From: Octopus sinensis | Lineage: Eukaryota | Direction of reading: 5' to 3' | Length of the DNA stretch: 64,000 nucleotides | Assembly: GCF_006345805.1 (NCBI RefSeq) | Contig: NC_043001.1 | Span: 15,128,001 to 15,192,000 of the forward strand | Shown here: positions 25,206-37,688 of the stretch, piece by piece | Layout: every line of letters starts with the position of its first letter | Numbering within the stretch: the first letter of the stretch is position 1 | Notes under the pieces: generated by a model | What the model saw: only the letters and a program-made list of their open reading frames with translations | Told to the model about the DNA's origin: nothing | Databases searched by the model: none | Made by a program: the position numbers and the translations under genes

Positions 25206-25450
25206 GGCATATGGCGTAGTGGTTAAGAGTGTGGGCTACTAACCCCAAGATTCCGAGTTTGATTCCAAGCAGTGACCTGAACAATAATAATAATAACAAC
25301 AACAACAACATAAAAAAAAACAACCTTAGGAATGAGAACCCAGGTTTGAAATTTCCCCAAGACACCTGATGAAGGCTGGAGGGTATATCAGCCAAAATTT
25401 TGTGTTAAGAACAAACAAGATGACAAATATCCGGTGAATGTAAATAATGT
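25206..25450 (+). mobile_element. tRNA-headed SINE-like element carrying a decayed hammerhead ribozyme motif
   Basis: A-box tggcgtagtgg, B-box gagtttgattcc, anticodon-like arm ggg-ctactaa-ccc, (AAT/AAC)n linker, then gacac-CTGATGA-a-ggctg..cagcc-aaaatttt-gtgtt. Confidence 0.7.
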
Positions 25451-26499
25451 GAACTATTACCATTGTAAACTCCTATCACTTCTAGTGACTGTCCTTCTTC
25501 ACTATGATTTAGTTTCTTGATAGTCATATATGCTGATCACTTGAGATATTCTAAATAGTGTACAACTTACAATAAAGGACTATGTTTTATACTGAGAGAT
25601 ACGCAGAAGAAAGGACCACCACAAACTAAAATAGATACAAAAATCTTCATTATATATTCAAACATACATACTTCTTGCATGTATGCAAGACAAGGACTCT
25701 CACTTTAGAGACAGAGTAAGATACAAGCACAGGAAAAGACATGCTACAGCAACATTTAAAGTACCTGGTACTTAGGCTACATCAAAAAAGAACAGGTTTA
25801 TGAAATCATCTAGCATCACATTGGCTGACATGAAAACCTCGAGAGCTGTCCTGTTTCAAAGAAATTGCAAGGAAATCAAATGAAAACATGTAAAAAACAT
25901 ATATATAAATGATAAAACAAGACCTCACTCATGTTTTCAATATATATTTAAAACAAAAGCTGATCCTATAGATACAGACAAAGATACACACACACACATT
26001 GGTTAACAAGCTTTTAAGGTTAACAATGATTAATTTCTTTGGGCCTGATGTGACTATGGGGCCAATGTAGAATTCAAAAGTCCACTCTTAGACTGAGCAT
26101 TGACTTAGCAGGAGAAGAGAGTTTACTAGCCACTTCATACAGCTTTCTACACTCATGTTTATCAGCAAGAACTTTGGTTCATGCTAAGTGTTACATATCC
26201 ATTTGTGTCAGTCATTTGCCTATGACCCCCACTCCTATAGATGATGTAGTTGTTCTGCTGAAGTCACAAAAACTGTTGCAGAATATGTCACAGTTAGCAC
26301 AGAAGCTCGTATCAATAGTACCTGTGGAAAGTTGATTTAGACTGAATAAGAAACAGCAACTATCAACAGAGTGCTAAAAGTCCACCAAGTTATTTATGCA
26401 TGTCAACTTCCAACCGCTTTCTAATATTGTCAATGGGAAAGTGTTCTAAGTGTAGATCATTGTCAGATAACATGTGAACACTTTTGAATAAATTCTTTT

Positions 26500-26688
26500 A
26501 TACTCTAGGCACAAGGCCCAAAATTTGGGGGGAGGGGGCCAGTCGATTAGATTGACTCCAGTACACAACTGGTCCTTAATTTATCAACCCCAAAAGGATG
26601 AAAGGCAAAGTCGACCTCGGCAGAATTTGAACACAGAACATAAAGACAGATGAAATATCACTAAGCATTTTGCCAGCTCGCCACCTTA
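26500..26688 (-). mobile_element. SINE family B copy
   Basis: Family B homology. Confidence 0.8.
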
Positions 26689-27780
26689 CACCTTTGAATA
26701 TATTAAGAGATCAATGACATGTACTGGCTCAAACTAATAAAATGAAATTGATATGAGACATTACAAGCACTAATTTGAGACAAATGATAGATACATGTTT
26801 CCCTTTTTATGTATCAAATCAGTGCCTATCATGTTGAATATCAAGTACCACTGATGTTTTGCAGATAATCCATTCAGTTAACTCGGTGATTCCAGCATAG
26901 TCAATCATTAATAATCAACAATAAACCTATAGTGGTTACAGCCATGACTGGTCACAAATTTTGAAATGCTGAAGTTTTGAAGAAAATCATAAACCAAAAG
27001 AAAATTAATCTTCAGTTTAACAAATGTTCTCAACAGGTTAACTTCAACTTTATTCAATTTTAACTCTTCCAAATGAATTGTATTTAATTCTTGACTAGAA
27101 CAAACATCAAAAAATGTCTAACCTATTTTTATCACTCCCCTGAAAGAAAGTATACTTTCCATGGTATTAAATTTCTACAATTTTAAAAGATTTGCTTTCA
27201 ACAGCAGCCTGAATAGATTTACTTTTAAATTTGATACTTTCAGCTTGAAGGATTAACACTTATTTCATTATATTTCTAGTTTGGTGCTGCCTATAACAAA
27301 GATAGAATTTTTTTTATTGGTACTACTTTACCATTTCCTGAAAATGCTTAATTTTAATGATTTCTAGCATAAATGTAAAGCCAGACACTTTTTGGGTAGG
27401 CTAAAGTCAATTTAATTGGACCCTTAGCATTTGATTAATACTTAATTTAATTGATCTTGAAAGGTAGAAAAAGGTGATCCAGTAAGATTTAAGGCAAAAG
27501 TACAAAATATATTCCAAGGTGTATAGTGCTCTATTGTGTCTCCCACTTCAACTAGTTTCCATAGTACGATTAAATTCAGCAAAGAAAATATTGAAATAGT
27601 CTTTGTGTCATTAAATCATAATTTCTAGGTTATTAACCACCTCTTTAGAGTGTATATTCATAACATTTATATTACAATAGTATAAAATTACACACTAATA
27701 AGGTCAACAACCTGTAAAATTAAATCATATTAATAATTCAACTCAAAGCTACAAACTTTTAACCACGTGTTATTTTCTTT

Positions 27781-28466
27781 GAGGTGTTGAAGCATGACCT
27801 TCGGAATGTTGGGCCTCACCGAGGCGATGACAAGTGACCGAGACCATTGGAGATATACTGTGCTTGAGAAGACCCAGCAAACTAAGTGAGACCGTAACTG
27901 TGGCCTATGCCAGTGCAGCATAACCAGCCCATTTAAGAGTACCCTTCAATCATTGGGCAATAAACTGCGCTTGCAAAGACCTGTTGAGGCAAGTGAAGTC
28001 ATCGTCGTGGCCGATAACAGTACTGCTTGATTGACATTTGTGCTAGTGGCACATAAAAAGCACCATTCGAGCATGGTGGATGCCAGTACCACCTGACTGA
28101 TCCTGTTCTAGTGGCACATAAAAAGCACCATTCGAACATGGTCTTTGCCAGTGCCGGTGGCATGTAAAAAAGTACCATTCGAGCATGGTCATTGCCAGTG
28201 TCACTTGACAGGCTCCTGTGCTGGTGCCATGTAAAAAGCACCATTCAAGCGTGGCTGATGCCAGTACCATGTGACCCTCATGCCAGAGGCATGTAAAAAG
28301 CTCCTACTACACTCTCGGAGTGGTTGGCATTAAGAAGGGCATCCAGCTGTAGATACCTTGCCAGATCAGATTGGAGCCTGGTGTAGCCTTCTGCCTCGCC
28401 AGCCCTCAGTCAAACCGTCTAACCCATGCCAGCATGGAAAGCGGATGTTGAACGATGATGATGATC
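27781..28466 (+). mobile_element. 5'-truncated RTE LINE 3' end (ORF C-terminus, 3' UTR, (GAT)n tail)
   Basis: EVLKHDLR/MLGLTEAMTSDRDHWRYTVLEKTQQTK*, then about five internal ~45-65-bp subrepeats (gtggcacataaaaagcacc), then gcatggaaagcggatgttgaacgatgatgatg. Confidence 0.8.
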
Positions 28467-28747
28467 CCAGACACTCCATCTTTACATGCTAAAGTCATGC
28501 AAAAAGGTAAGATGCCTGACACAATACACTTCCATAAATTGTTTGTCTTAACATTATGTTACTAATTCAGGAGTATATAATAAATCTTCACAATAAAGCT
28601 ATGGATAAGTGTTCTACTAATGTCCTTTATTTTATCCAATGACTCTAATATTCTCTAGTTTACCCAGTTATTTTGTAGTTCTTTAGTTTACCCAATTACT
28701 CTATACTATAAACCAAGTTAGAGGAAACCTTTCATAAATTTAATTAA

Positions 28748-28963
28748 TCATTTCTACTATAGGCACAAGTCCTGAAATTTTGGGGGAGAGGGGACCAGTC
28801 GATTAGATCGACCCCACTATGCAACTGGTACTTAGATTCTAAGTTCGAATTACACTGAGGTCGACTTTGCCTTTCATCCTTTCAGGGTCTATAATGTAAG
28901 GGCAGACAAAATACCACTAAGCATTTCGTCCGGCATGCTAGCAATTCTGCCAGCTCGCCGCCT
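28748..28963 (-). mobile_element. SINE family B copy with an internal inversion
   Basis: Flanks are minus-orientation family B; 28836-28895 is plus-orientation. Confidence 0.85.
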
Positions 28964-28964
28964 T

Positions 28965-29366
28965 ACTCTCTTTACTCTTTTACTTGTTTCAGTCACTTGA
29001 CTGTGGCCATGCTGGAGCACCGTCTTTAGTCGAGCAAATCGACCCCGGGACTTATTCTTTGTAAGCCCAGTACTTATTCTATCGGTCTCTTTTGCCGAAC
29101 TGCTAAGTGACGGGGACGTAAACACACCAACATCGGTTGTCAAGCAATGCTAGGGGGACAAACACAGACACACAAACACACATACATATATGTATATATA
29201 CATATATACGACAGGCTTCTTTCAGTTTCCGTCTACCAAATCCATTCACAAGGCATTGGTCGGTCCGGGGCTATAGCAGAAGATACTTGCCCAAGATGCC
29301 ACGCAGTGGGACTGAACCCGGAACCATGTGGATGGTTAGCAAGCTACTTACCACACAGCCACTCCT
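28965..29366 (-). mobile_element. SINE family A, young full-length copy
   Basis: Complete head to (TAAAAGAG)n tail, CpGs retained. Confidence 0.9.
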
Positions 29367-29464
29367 CAGTATTTTTTTCACAAATTTAATTAATATCAAC
29401 TTAATTTTGTCCACTGGGAAAAGTAGAAGGGATACAGATAAAAGTAGCTTTAGTAACTCTAGAC

Positions 29465-29721
29465 CTGTGGTTCTCAATTCGGGTCCATATGACCCTTGAG
29501 AGTCCATATAAGGATTTGCTGTCAAAATTTATGTGCAACAAATGAGTTTTATTTCTCCAATATGCAAAATGTTTCGACAATGTTTTTCATACAATTCCTA
29601 ATGACATTTAATTAAAGAAATATAACGGAATATTTTAAACACTGAATGGCTATGGAAGTTCAGTAGAATAAAATACAAATCAAAAGGGCCCATAGGCAAA
29701 AAATGGTTGAGAACCACTCTG
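29465..29721. mobile_element. hAT-Charlie-type MITE
   Basis: TIRs ctgtggttctcaa / ttgagaaccac, left flank ctctagac (NTCTAGAN target preference). Confidence 0.7.
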
Positions 29722-29843
29722 CTCTCAATAAAAGGTGTATCTAGTGGTGACTGTAACCAGTTTCTTAATAAGGTCAGGTAGCTTCAAAACAGCAGGCTTC
29801 ATAAACCAATAAACATTAATGGCATATTGTAATTATCGAAATA

Positions 29844-30180
29844 GTGGGTGTGTGGTAAGTAGCTTGCTTACCAACCACAGGGTTCCGGGTTCAGTCCCAC
29901 TTTGTGGCACCTTGGGCAAGTGTCTCCTACTATAGCCTCGGGTCGACCAAAGCCTTGTGAGTGGATTTGGTAGACGGAAACTGAAAGAAGCCCATTGTGT
30001 GTGTGTGTATATATATACATACAACCGATGCTAGTGTCCCTGTAACTTAGCAGTTTGGCAAAAGAGACCGATAGAATAAGTACTTGGCTTACAAAGAGTA
30101 AGTCTTGGAGTTAATTTGCTCGACTAAAAGCGGTGCTCCAGCATGGCCACAGTCAAATGACTGAAACCAGTAAAAGAATA
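29844..30180 (+). mobile_element. SINE family A copy
   Basis: Head gtgtggtaagtagcttgcttaccaacc, tail gactgaaaccagtaaaagaata. Confidence 0.85.
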
Positions 30181-31299
30181 AATGAATAAACTTTTAATGA
30201 TTACCATTGTACTAGAGAGTAAGTGATCAAAGAACAATGTGATTGATAGGTAATGCTAAGGAATTAAAATATAATAAATATATAAGGGTTACTTTTTACG
30301 TATCTCGAAAGTCAGCTAACAGCTTCAAGATATCATCAGGATAAAAAAAAAAACTTAGCAAAATACAAGTTTCAAATAAATTGGTTGAAATAACAAAGTC
30401 TAACAAAAGAATTATGAAGTATTGTAAAGAAGGAGCTGTCAAAAAGGTATTCAAGCATCTGATATTTTCCCCCACTTCTTTAATAGTAAAATGTTGAAAA
30501 ATAAATGAGTAAACAAACAAAGCCAGCATGAATCTCACCCAAGGGAGAGATTCAGATATAAAACCCATTATTTATGAAGAAGCAACACACACACACACAT
30601 ATATATATATATCTGACTAAAAATTTCTTTGTTTTGACTGTCAGGAAAAATGTAAAAGTAAACAAACACTAAAAATATTTCTCACTACTTATGATATGCT
30701 TAAAAAAAAAAACCCCAAAAAACCACCAAAAACCAACCCCCCCCCCAAAAAAAAAACCAAAAAAAAAAAACCCACAAAGATCAGACAGTTTGACTCAAGA
30801 ATAGAAATCTGAAACAAATATTTCACGTTACAATATTTCTACATCATTATGAGTCACCTACTCATTGTTAGTTTTTAGTTTCTAGCCTTGCAAGTACTTA
30901 TCAGATTCAGAATGTTGTTAGTCATATGGTAACATGCTCTGTACTGCACATAGAAGGCCAATGTCATTAATCCATAAGTGCCCTCTCTTCTCACCGCTAC
31001 TTCAACCGTCATGCAGTTAACATTATTACACATCTAATGAACTGTATTCAACGCATTCCTCTTTAATCTCTGAAGATAATCTGAATTTAACACTTAACTT
31101 ATTTGGCAGCTATTGTTATTTTTCTTTGACAGCTCACTCAATCAGACTTTAATTTATAAATGTTATTTCACCCAAATGAACTGATAGGAATGAGCATTCG
31201 ATAAACTGAAAGTTGAGAAATCATAAGAAAAGTCCAGAATATTAAAATTTCTGGCATCTCGTCCATATAAATCTAAAGTTGCTGATATAATAATTGTTC

Positions 31300-31508
31300 C
31301 AAATTTTGGCACAAAGCCAGAAATTTTAGGGGGAGCGGAGAGGAGCAAGTCAAATATATTGACCCCAGTACCTGACTAGTACTTTGTTTTAACAACCCTT
31401 GAAGGATGAAAAGCAAAGTTGACCTCAACAGGATTTGAGCTCAGAGTGTAAAAAGCCATAAGAAATGCTGCCAAGCATTTTGTGTGATGCACTGCTAAGT
31501 CACCACCT
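31300..31508 (-). mobile_element. SINE family B copy (diverged)
   Basis: Family B homology. Confidence 0.7.
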
Positions 31509-31632
31509 TAGTTGCTAAAATAATAAGAAATAATAATTTAATGCCATATCTTTAAATGCAACCTATTTAGTTCTTTCAATAGCAAACAACCAAAAACTGC
31601 CTTGGATCTATGATATAAACTTCCTGTTTTAA

Positions 31633-31854
31633 CCCTTTTGTTACTGTATTTCTGTTGAGATGCTCTGGGTTTCTTTCAGTTAATTTTAAATATAGCAAAG
31701 AATTTAGTAAAATAACTTCGTTATCATTAGGCTAGTGTTAGGAACATAAATTGTGACTAAGGTTTGATGGAAGATTTTAAGTCAGAACTTTTGAAAACAA
31801 GACATTTGTGCTAGAGAGCCAGAAGCACTTTCAGCTGGATTGGTATCAAAAGGG
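31633..31854 (+). mobile_element. TTAA-flanked MITE family 2 copy
   Basis: ttaa-cccttttgttac ... ggtatcaaaaggg-ttaa. Confidence 0.8.
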
Positions 31855-33180
31855 TTAAAGTAATCTAAATTCAAATCTATCAAAATCTCTGGATGTAAGC
31901 TTAATAATGACAAAGCTATCTTTCTAAAATCTTCAATATTTTCCAAATTAATTGAAACATTGGAACTGAATTTGGTCAGGAATATTGTAACGAAAGTGTT
32001 AATGTTTAAAATACTTTAGCTTTTAAAAACAATACAGTATTTGAAAAGCCATAGTGACAAATATTTTTGCTGTTATTTTACAACAGCTTAGAGTAGAAAA
32101 ATATGGTTTCTTATTTATTTTGGCTCTCAAAGTTGAAATTGTATAAAATTACAAAATATAAACCTGGATTAACAAGGGGGAAAAAAAAAAGGTTTTATAG
32201 TCAAATAACACTAGTCCTCCTATTTTGATATGTATACATTGTATAAAATTTCAGTATGAAAAATATACACTTGTTCTCTGAACATGTTTCCTTTACAATC
32301 TTTATTTTTTCAATAAATATAAAATTTTATTTTATTTTAAAAAATTTATTTTTTCTGGTTTCATTCTTTTCTGTGCTGAGGGACCCACCTATAAGGGATT
32401 AGTAAACTATACTGACCCCATTACATTGTTTGGTATTTAGTTTATTGACCTTGTAAGGAGAATAGGCAAAACTGATGTGGATGAGATTTGAACTCTGAAC
32501 ATAAAGTCATGTCTCTGACATTCTACTGACCCTATCAATCCATTGCCCTTGTGAACACAATTATTTTCAATTTACAAAGAATTAAATTCTAAGAATACAA
32601 TCTGAGAATTCTTTCAACAGTTTTAATGCCAGATTGTGGGAATATTATTTCTTGTTCAATATTTTCAGTCTAGCTAAAACTAAAATTACCCCAAAACAGG
32701 AAATATTTGACAGAACAATGAAACTTTCCCCAAAATAATCTGAACTTGATCCTCTTCTGATCATTATTAAATAGATTTCAATAATAATATATTTGTGGCC
32801 ATAAAGAAGCTTAGCTACTTTCATAGTTAGGAAGTAGACACACATCACAGATCTTGTCAGTTGGAATTGAGAAATAACCACCAAGGAATATTTTGGCAAA
32901 TATATTTGCTATTACTTGAAAAATATGGCATAACTAAATCCACTAAACTATCACTTTGGACAAAGCCATTTTGAAACCCAGGCACAAGGCCTGAAATTTC
33001 GGGAGAAAGGATACTTGATTACATCAACCCCAGTACTCAACTGGTACTTATTCTATCAACCCTGAAATGATGAAAGGCAAAGTCGACCTTGGTTTTGGTC
33101 AGAGGAAAAACAATGAAAGAAACAGTATACATCAACAAAAATCCAATCTCTGTCCAACATTCCTAAAAAAAATTTTAAAA

Positions 33181-33555
33181 GTGCAGGCATGGCTGTGTGG
33201 TAAAAAGCTTGCTTCTCAACCCCATGGTTTCAAGTTCAGTCCCACTGCATAGCACCTTAGGCAAGTGTCTTCTACTATAGCTTTGGGCTGACCAAATCCT
33301 CATGAATGGATTTGGTAGACAGAAACGGAAAGAAGCCTGTTGTGTGTGTGTATGTATGTTCTTCTTGTCCGCCACACCTCTCTTTGACAACTGGTGTTGG
33401 TTCGTTTACATCCTTCCAACTTAGTGGTTTGGCAAAAGAGACTAATAGAATAGGTACCAGGCTTTAAAAAAATTAGTACTGGTGTTGGTCTGTTCGACTA
33501 AAAATTCTTCTAAGTGTTGCCTCAACATGGCCACAATCTAATTACAGAAACAAGT
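33181..33555 (+). mobile_element. SINE family A copy
   Basis: Family A head, body and tail. Confidence 0.8.
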
Positions 33556-33606
33556 AAAAGATGAAAAAAAAGAAAGCCAATATAGTAAGAAAATAAACTG
33601 GCAGCT

Positions 33607-35250
33607 CTTCTTGTTTTATGACACCTTCTATATGAAAAACCTGAAAATGGGCTCATTGACATAAATACGGAGAGCTTCAGTAGAGCAGAAGTTTCTAAAT
33701 TAATCAACTACCACATTCTTGATACAATAAGTATAAAACAACACTCTTTCTAAAGAAAACTCTACACAAAAATAATGACCTAAACATCTCCACAATATGA
33801 ATGGCTATAATGTATTATCAAGAAGTAAAAGGGAGTAGCATCCCATACACACAAATGAGGAGGAGAAAAATCAGCTGGTATAATGCTCCATACAGTATGA
33901 TGTTGCTTCAGGTCATCACTCTTTAATCAGTCTAAGTGACTGAGGAAGTGAAAAAAATTTTAAAAAGATTGCCAAATATTTGAAACAATAACTAAAAATT
34001 CAGTACCTCTTCAATATCTAGGGTCAACTCAGTCAACTAAAAATTCTTCAAGGTGGTGCCCCAGCATGGCCACAATCTAATAACTGAAACAAGTAAAAGA
34101 TAAAAGAGGGGGATTGGATGTGTGTGTGTGTGTGTGTGTGAATAAAACAAAGAACTTTCCAGCCTTGATCATCAACCTTAATGTCAAGAATAATGTATGT
34201 AGGAACCTTTCTTTTGTAAGACAATAAAGTGTTGAAAGAGGTTGACTACTATTTTTAGCAGAGTGGGGGTCCCTTGTTGACTCATAAAACTATATAAGCA
34301 TTATAATTAGATATAGACAACCATATACAATGCCTCACCCAGCACAAACCATGCATCACATTAAAGGACCATAAAAACACTTCCTATCCAACCGCAAGTG
34401 AAGACCTTTCATGAAGAGACTGGTCATAGTTTGGAATTACATCTTAGACTCTGTAAAATCAAAAATTGTATATAAAATGGATTTATTACGATGAAATTGC
34501 AGTCCCAACATAACTAAATGGTTTAATAGCATGAAAATAAAACCAGCTGTAGATTTACCCAGTTTAACACAGTGGAATTTTAGGAAGCTATTTCTAAACT
34601 ACTTCTTCTGAAAGCTTTAAATGTCAGGAAAACATTCACCACCATAATCAACATTAGTAAAATATGAACACAAGAAAGTACTTCTTGTTTTATGGCTCCT
34701 TCCATATCAAAAACATGAAAATGGGCTCATTGACATTAATATGGAGTGCTTCAGTAGAGCAGAAGTTTCTAAATTAATCAACTACCACATTCTTGATACA
34801 ACAAATATAAAAGAACACTCTTTCTAAAGAAAACTCTACACAAAAATAATGACCTAAACCCATCTCTACAATATGGACAGCTATAATGTATGGAGATTAA
34901 TTCAGGAAAACACTAATCAACATGTCCAAAGCAAAAAACTCAGTCATAGCATACTTAAAAATAGTTAATTTCCTTGGCATCAAAATAAATTTGAACCCCT
35001 AAACCAACTAAAGGAACATATATTAAAACTCCAAATACTATCCTACAATCATAACAAAAAATAGCTTAATGACAAATACAGAATATTAAACTGATAGAGT
35101 CTCATTACAATGCCACATTATCAAGTCATGGCTTCAGTGAAAAACTGAAGAGCATGGAACAGCATGTGTGCCCATGTACATACACACACAAAACAAAAAC
35201 TAGGAAGAGAAAAATCATCTGGTATAATCCCCCATACAGTATAATGTAGC
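33607..35250 (+). repeat. Local direct duplication (33607-33910 vs 34681-35250)
   Basis: About 210 bp of near-identical sequence (gagcagaagtttctaaattaatcaactaccacattcttgataca...) plus a further shared segment at 33861-33910 / 35203-35250. Confidence 0.9.
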
Positions 35251-37313
35251 TCTCACTTCGAATATATGAAGGAACTTCTTCAGACATTTTTCTGTAATGC
35301 ACAAATAGTAAATCTTCAACCAAAAATGTACAAAGGACACTGTACAACTGTTTAGGTAATATAGACTCTCAAATCTCTCTTCACAGGTAAAACTTCAGAA
35401 ATCATGCATGACTCCAAGAGTCAGAATGCAAGATATTTATTAAAGGTGCTTGTGTATAAATAACAGTAACAAGAGCCAGATAGTAGCCTATATATAAGCT
35501 TACAGAGAATGGTTTTATATCCAATTGCACACAGCACATTCATTCCACAAGTTGGTGATAGAATCAACAAAACATCACTATTACAATATATTTGGAAACT
35601 TGGAAGTAAAAGGATTTGCAACATCTAATTAAAATGGAGCATTTTATCTCAAATTTAACACTTGCAATCAAGAGTATTCTCCTCTTGGATCTAAATCTAT
35701 TGCAGAAGATCATAGAGAAAGAAAATATCTTAAAGAGGAAAGGGTTGTCCTCTCCAAACAGACGAATGTATTTTCAAATACACAACCCTTACATAACATG
35801 ACCTGATGTAGCCACTATCATAATAACTTCTGGTACAGCTCAATTTGTCAGTCATTTTTGTTTCTTTCAGAAGTATTTGGATCAAGCTACAAGCTGAGTA
35901 GCAACAGGGTGAATCACCAGCCTCATAATAAATTTAGCTCTAAATTTTTAAACCAAAAATGTGTGTATGTGTGTCTGTATGCATGTGCATATGTGTATAA
36001 CTATTCCTATGTGTGTGAACTGATCTTGCAATCAGTCTGAAAAAAAGTATGTCCCCAATAGTTTTCTTATTGCTGACACTATGTCAGTCACAACTCCTTC
36101 CAGAAGTGTCACCATTCTTTATTTTCAGGTGAAAAGATGTGGGATTTGAACTCAGATGCACAGATCTGGAGCAGATACTGCAAGGCATCCCATTCAAATC
36201 AATCTGTCTTGTATTGGTTCCACCCAGTACATTCAGTAAATTGGTTAGTGGTAGGAAGGGCACCCAGCTTTAGAAATGAAGCTAAAAATCACAAGGCACA
36301 ATTCTCCAACTCATCTAGGGAAGCAGTAACTAAATAAGAACTCAGACCACAGTAACCTTCACAATTCATTTCAGCATGGAAAGTGGATGTAAAACAATGA
36401 TGGTCATAATGATGATGAGGCATGTGGATGGCAGCATCACAGAACATCAGACAAAATGGTGTTTTGTTACATACCTTTACAGTAGGAGTCTAAACCCTAG
36501 CCAAGTCTAATTTGATTCTTTTCTTTTTTTTTTTTCTTCCTGAGGTCAATAAAATAGTATTAGACAAAAGTAAGGGGTGTTCAACAGAACTGAAGGGATG
36601 GAACCCCTGCATGGTTACAGTTGAATAACTGAAACTAATAAAACAATAACATTACTTTACAAATTTCATTTTCTATATCAGATTACTATATCAATACATT
36701 TTCCGAATATGGAAAACTAAACCAGAAATCTAAACATTAAGAAATTAGATGATGATTATGATGATGATGATGATGATGATGATGATTGACCATCATCATC
36801 AATGCTTTACACCCACTTTTCCATGCTGTATGACATTCCTGTAGCCACCCTTTTAGTCACCTCTTTTGAAATGTGAAAACATGATGTACATAATGTAAAC
36901 GAGGTTACACAGGATTTACAATTAAGATTCGAGAAGAATAGCTCTTAAGCTTCAACTACAAATCATCAAACTGATTCCAGAGATAAACATATGATTGATG
37001 GATGCAAGACAGTAGCCAACAAAATGATGAGAGAAGTAAAAGAGAAATATGAAGTATGAATTGCTGAAAGTGGGTACATGTATAGCGCTGTGATTAAGAA
37101 ATTCTCTTTGCCATCATGTTGTTCTATGTCTGAACCCACTGCACAATGCTACAGCCTATGGTTGAGTAATATTAATATGTTTTGAGTGGAATGTAGTAGG
37201 CAGAAACTATGCAGAAGCCACCCCACCAAACACACACACAGACACCTCATCAAGGAATTGCAACCAAAAGAAAGTATCAGTAATTAAAAAAAAAAAGTCA
37301 ACAGACTTTTATA

Positions 37314-37688
37314 GGCGCAGGAAACCACATGGTTCCCGGTTCAGTCCCACTGCGTGGCACCTTGGGCAAGTGTCTTCTACTATAGCCTCAGGTCGACCAA
37401 AGCCTTGTGAGTGGATTTGGTAGACGGAAACTGAAAGAAGCCTGTTGTATATATGTATATATATGTGTGTGTGTGTGTTTGTGTGTCTGTGTTTGTCCCC
37501 CCCCCAACATTGCCTGATAACTGATGGGGTGTGTTTACGTCCCCATAACTTAGCGGTTCAGCAAAGAGACCGATAGAATAAGTACTAGGCTTACAAAGAA
37601 TAAGTCCTGGGGTCGATTTGCTCGACTAAAGGCGGTGCTCCAGCATGGCCACAGTCAAATGACTGAAACAAGTAAAAGAGTAAAAGAG
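37314..37688 (+). mobile_element. SINE family A copy with a deletion in the head
   Basis: ggcgcagg joined directly to aaccacatggttcccggttcagtccc; rest near consensus. Confidence 0.85.

Noticed and set aside
25206-25280. Functional tRNA-Ser gene
   Set aside because: Acceptor stem does not pair, the B-box is mutated, and it continues into a repeat body; treated as a SINE head.
28030-28300. CRISPR array (repeat-spacer-like pattern)
   Set aside because: Linkers are homologous to each other, the array lies within an RTE 3' end, the context is eukaryotic and there are no cas genes.
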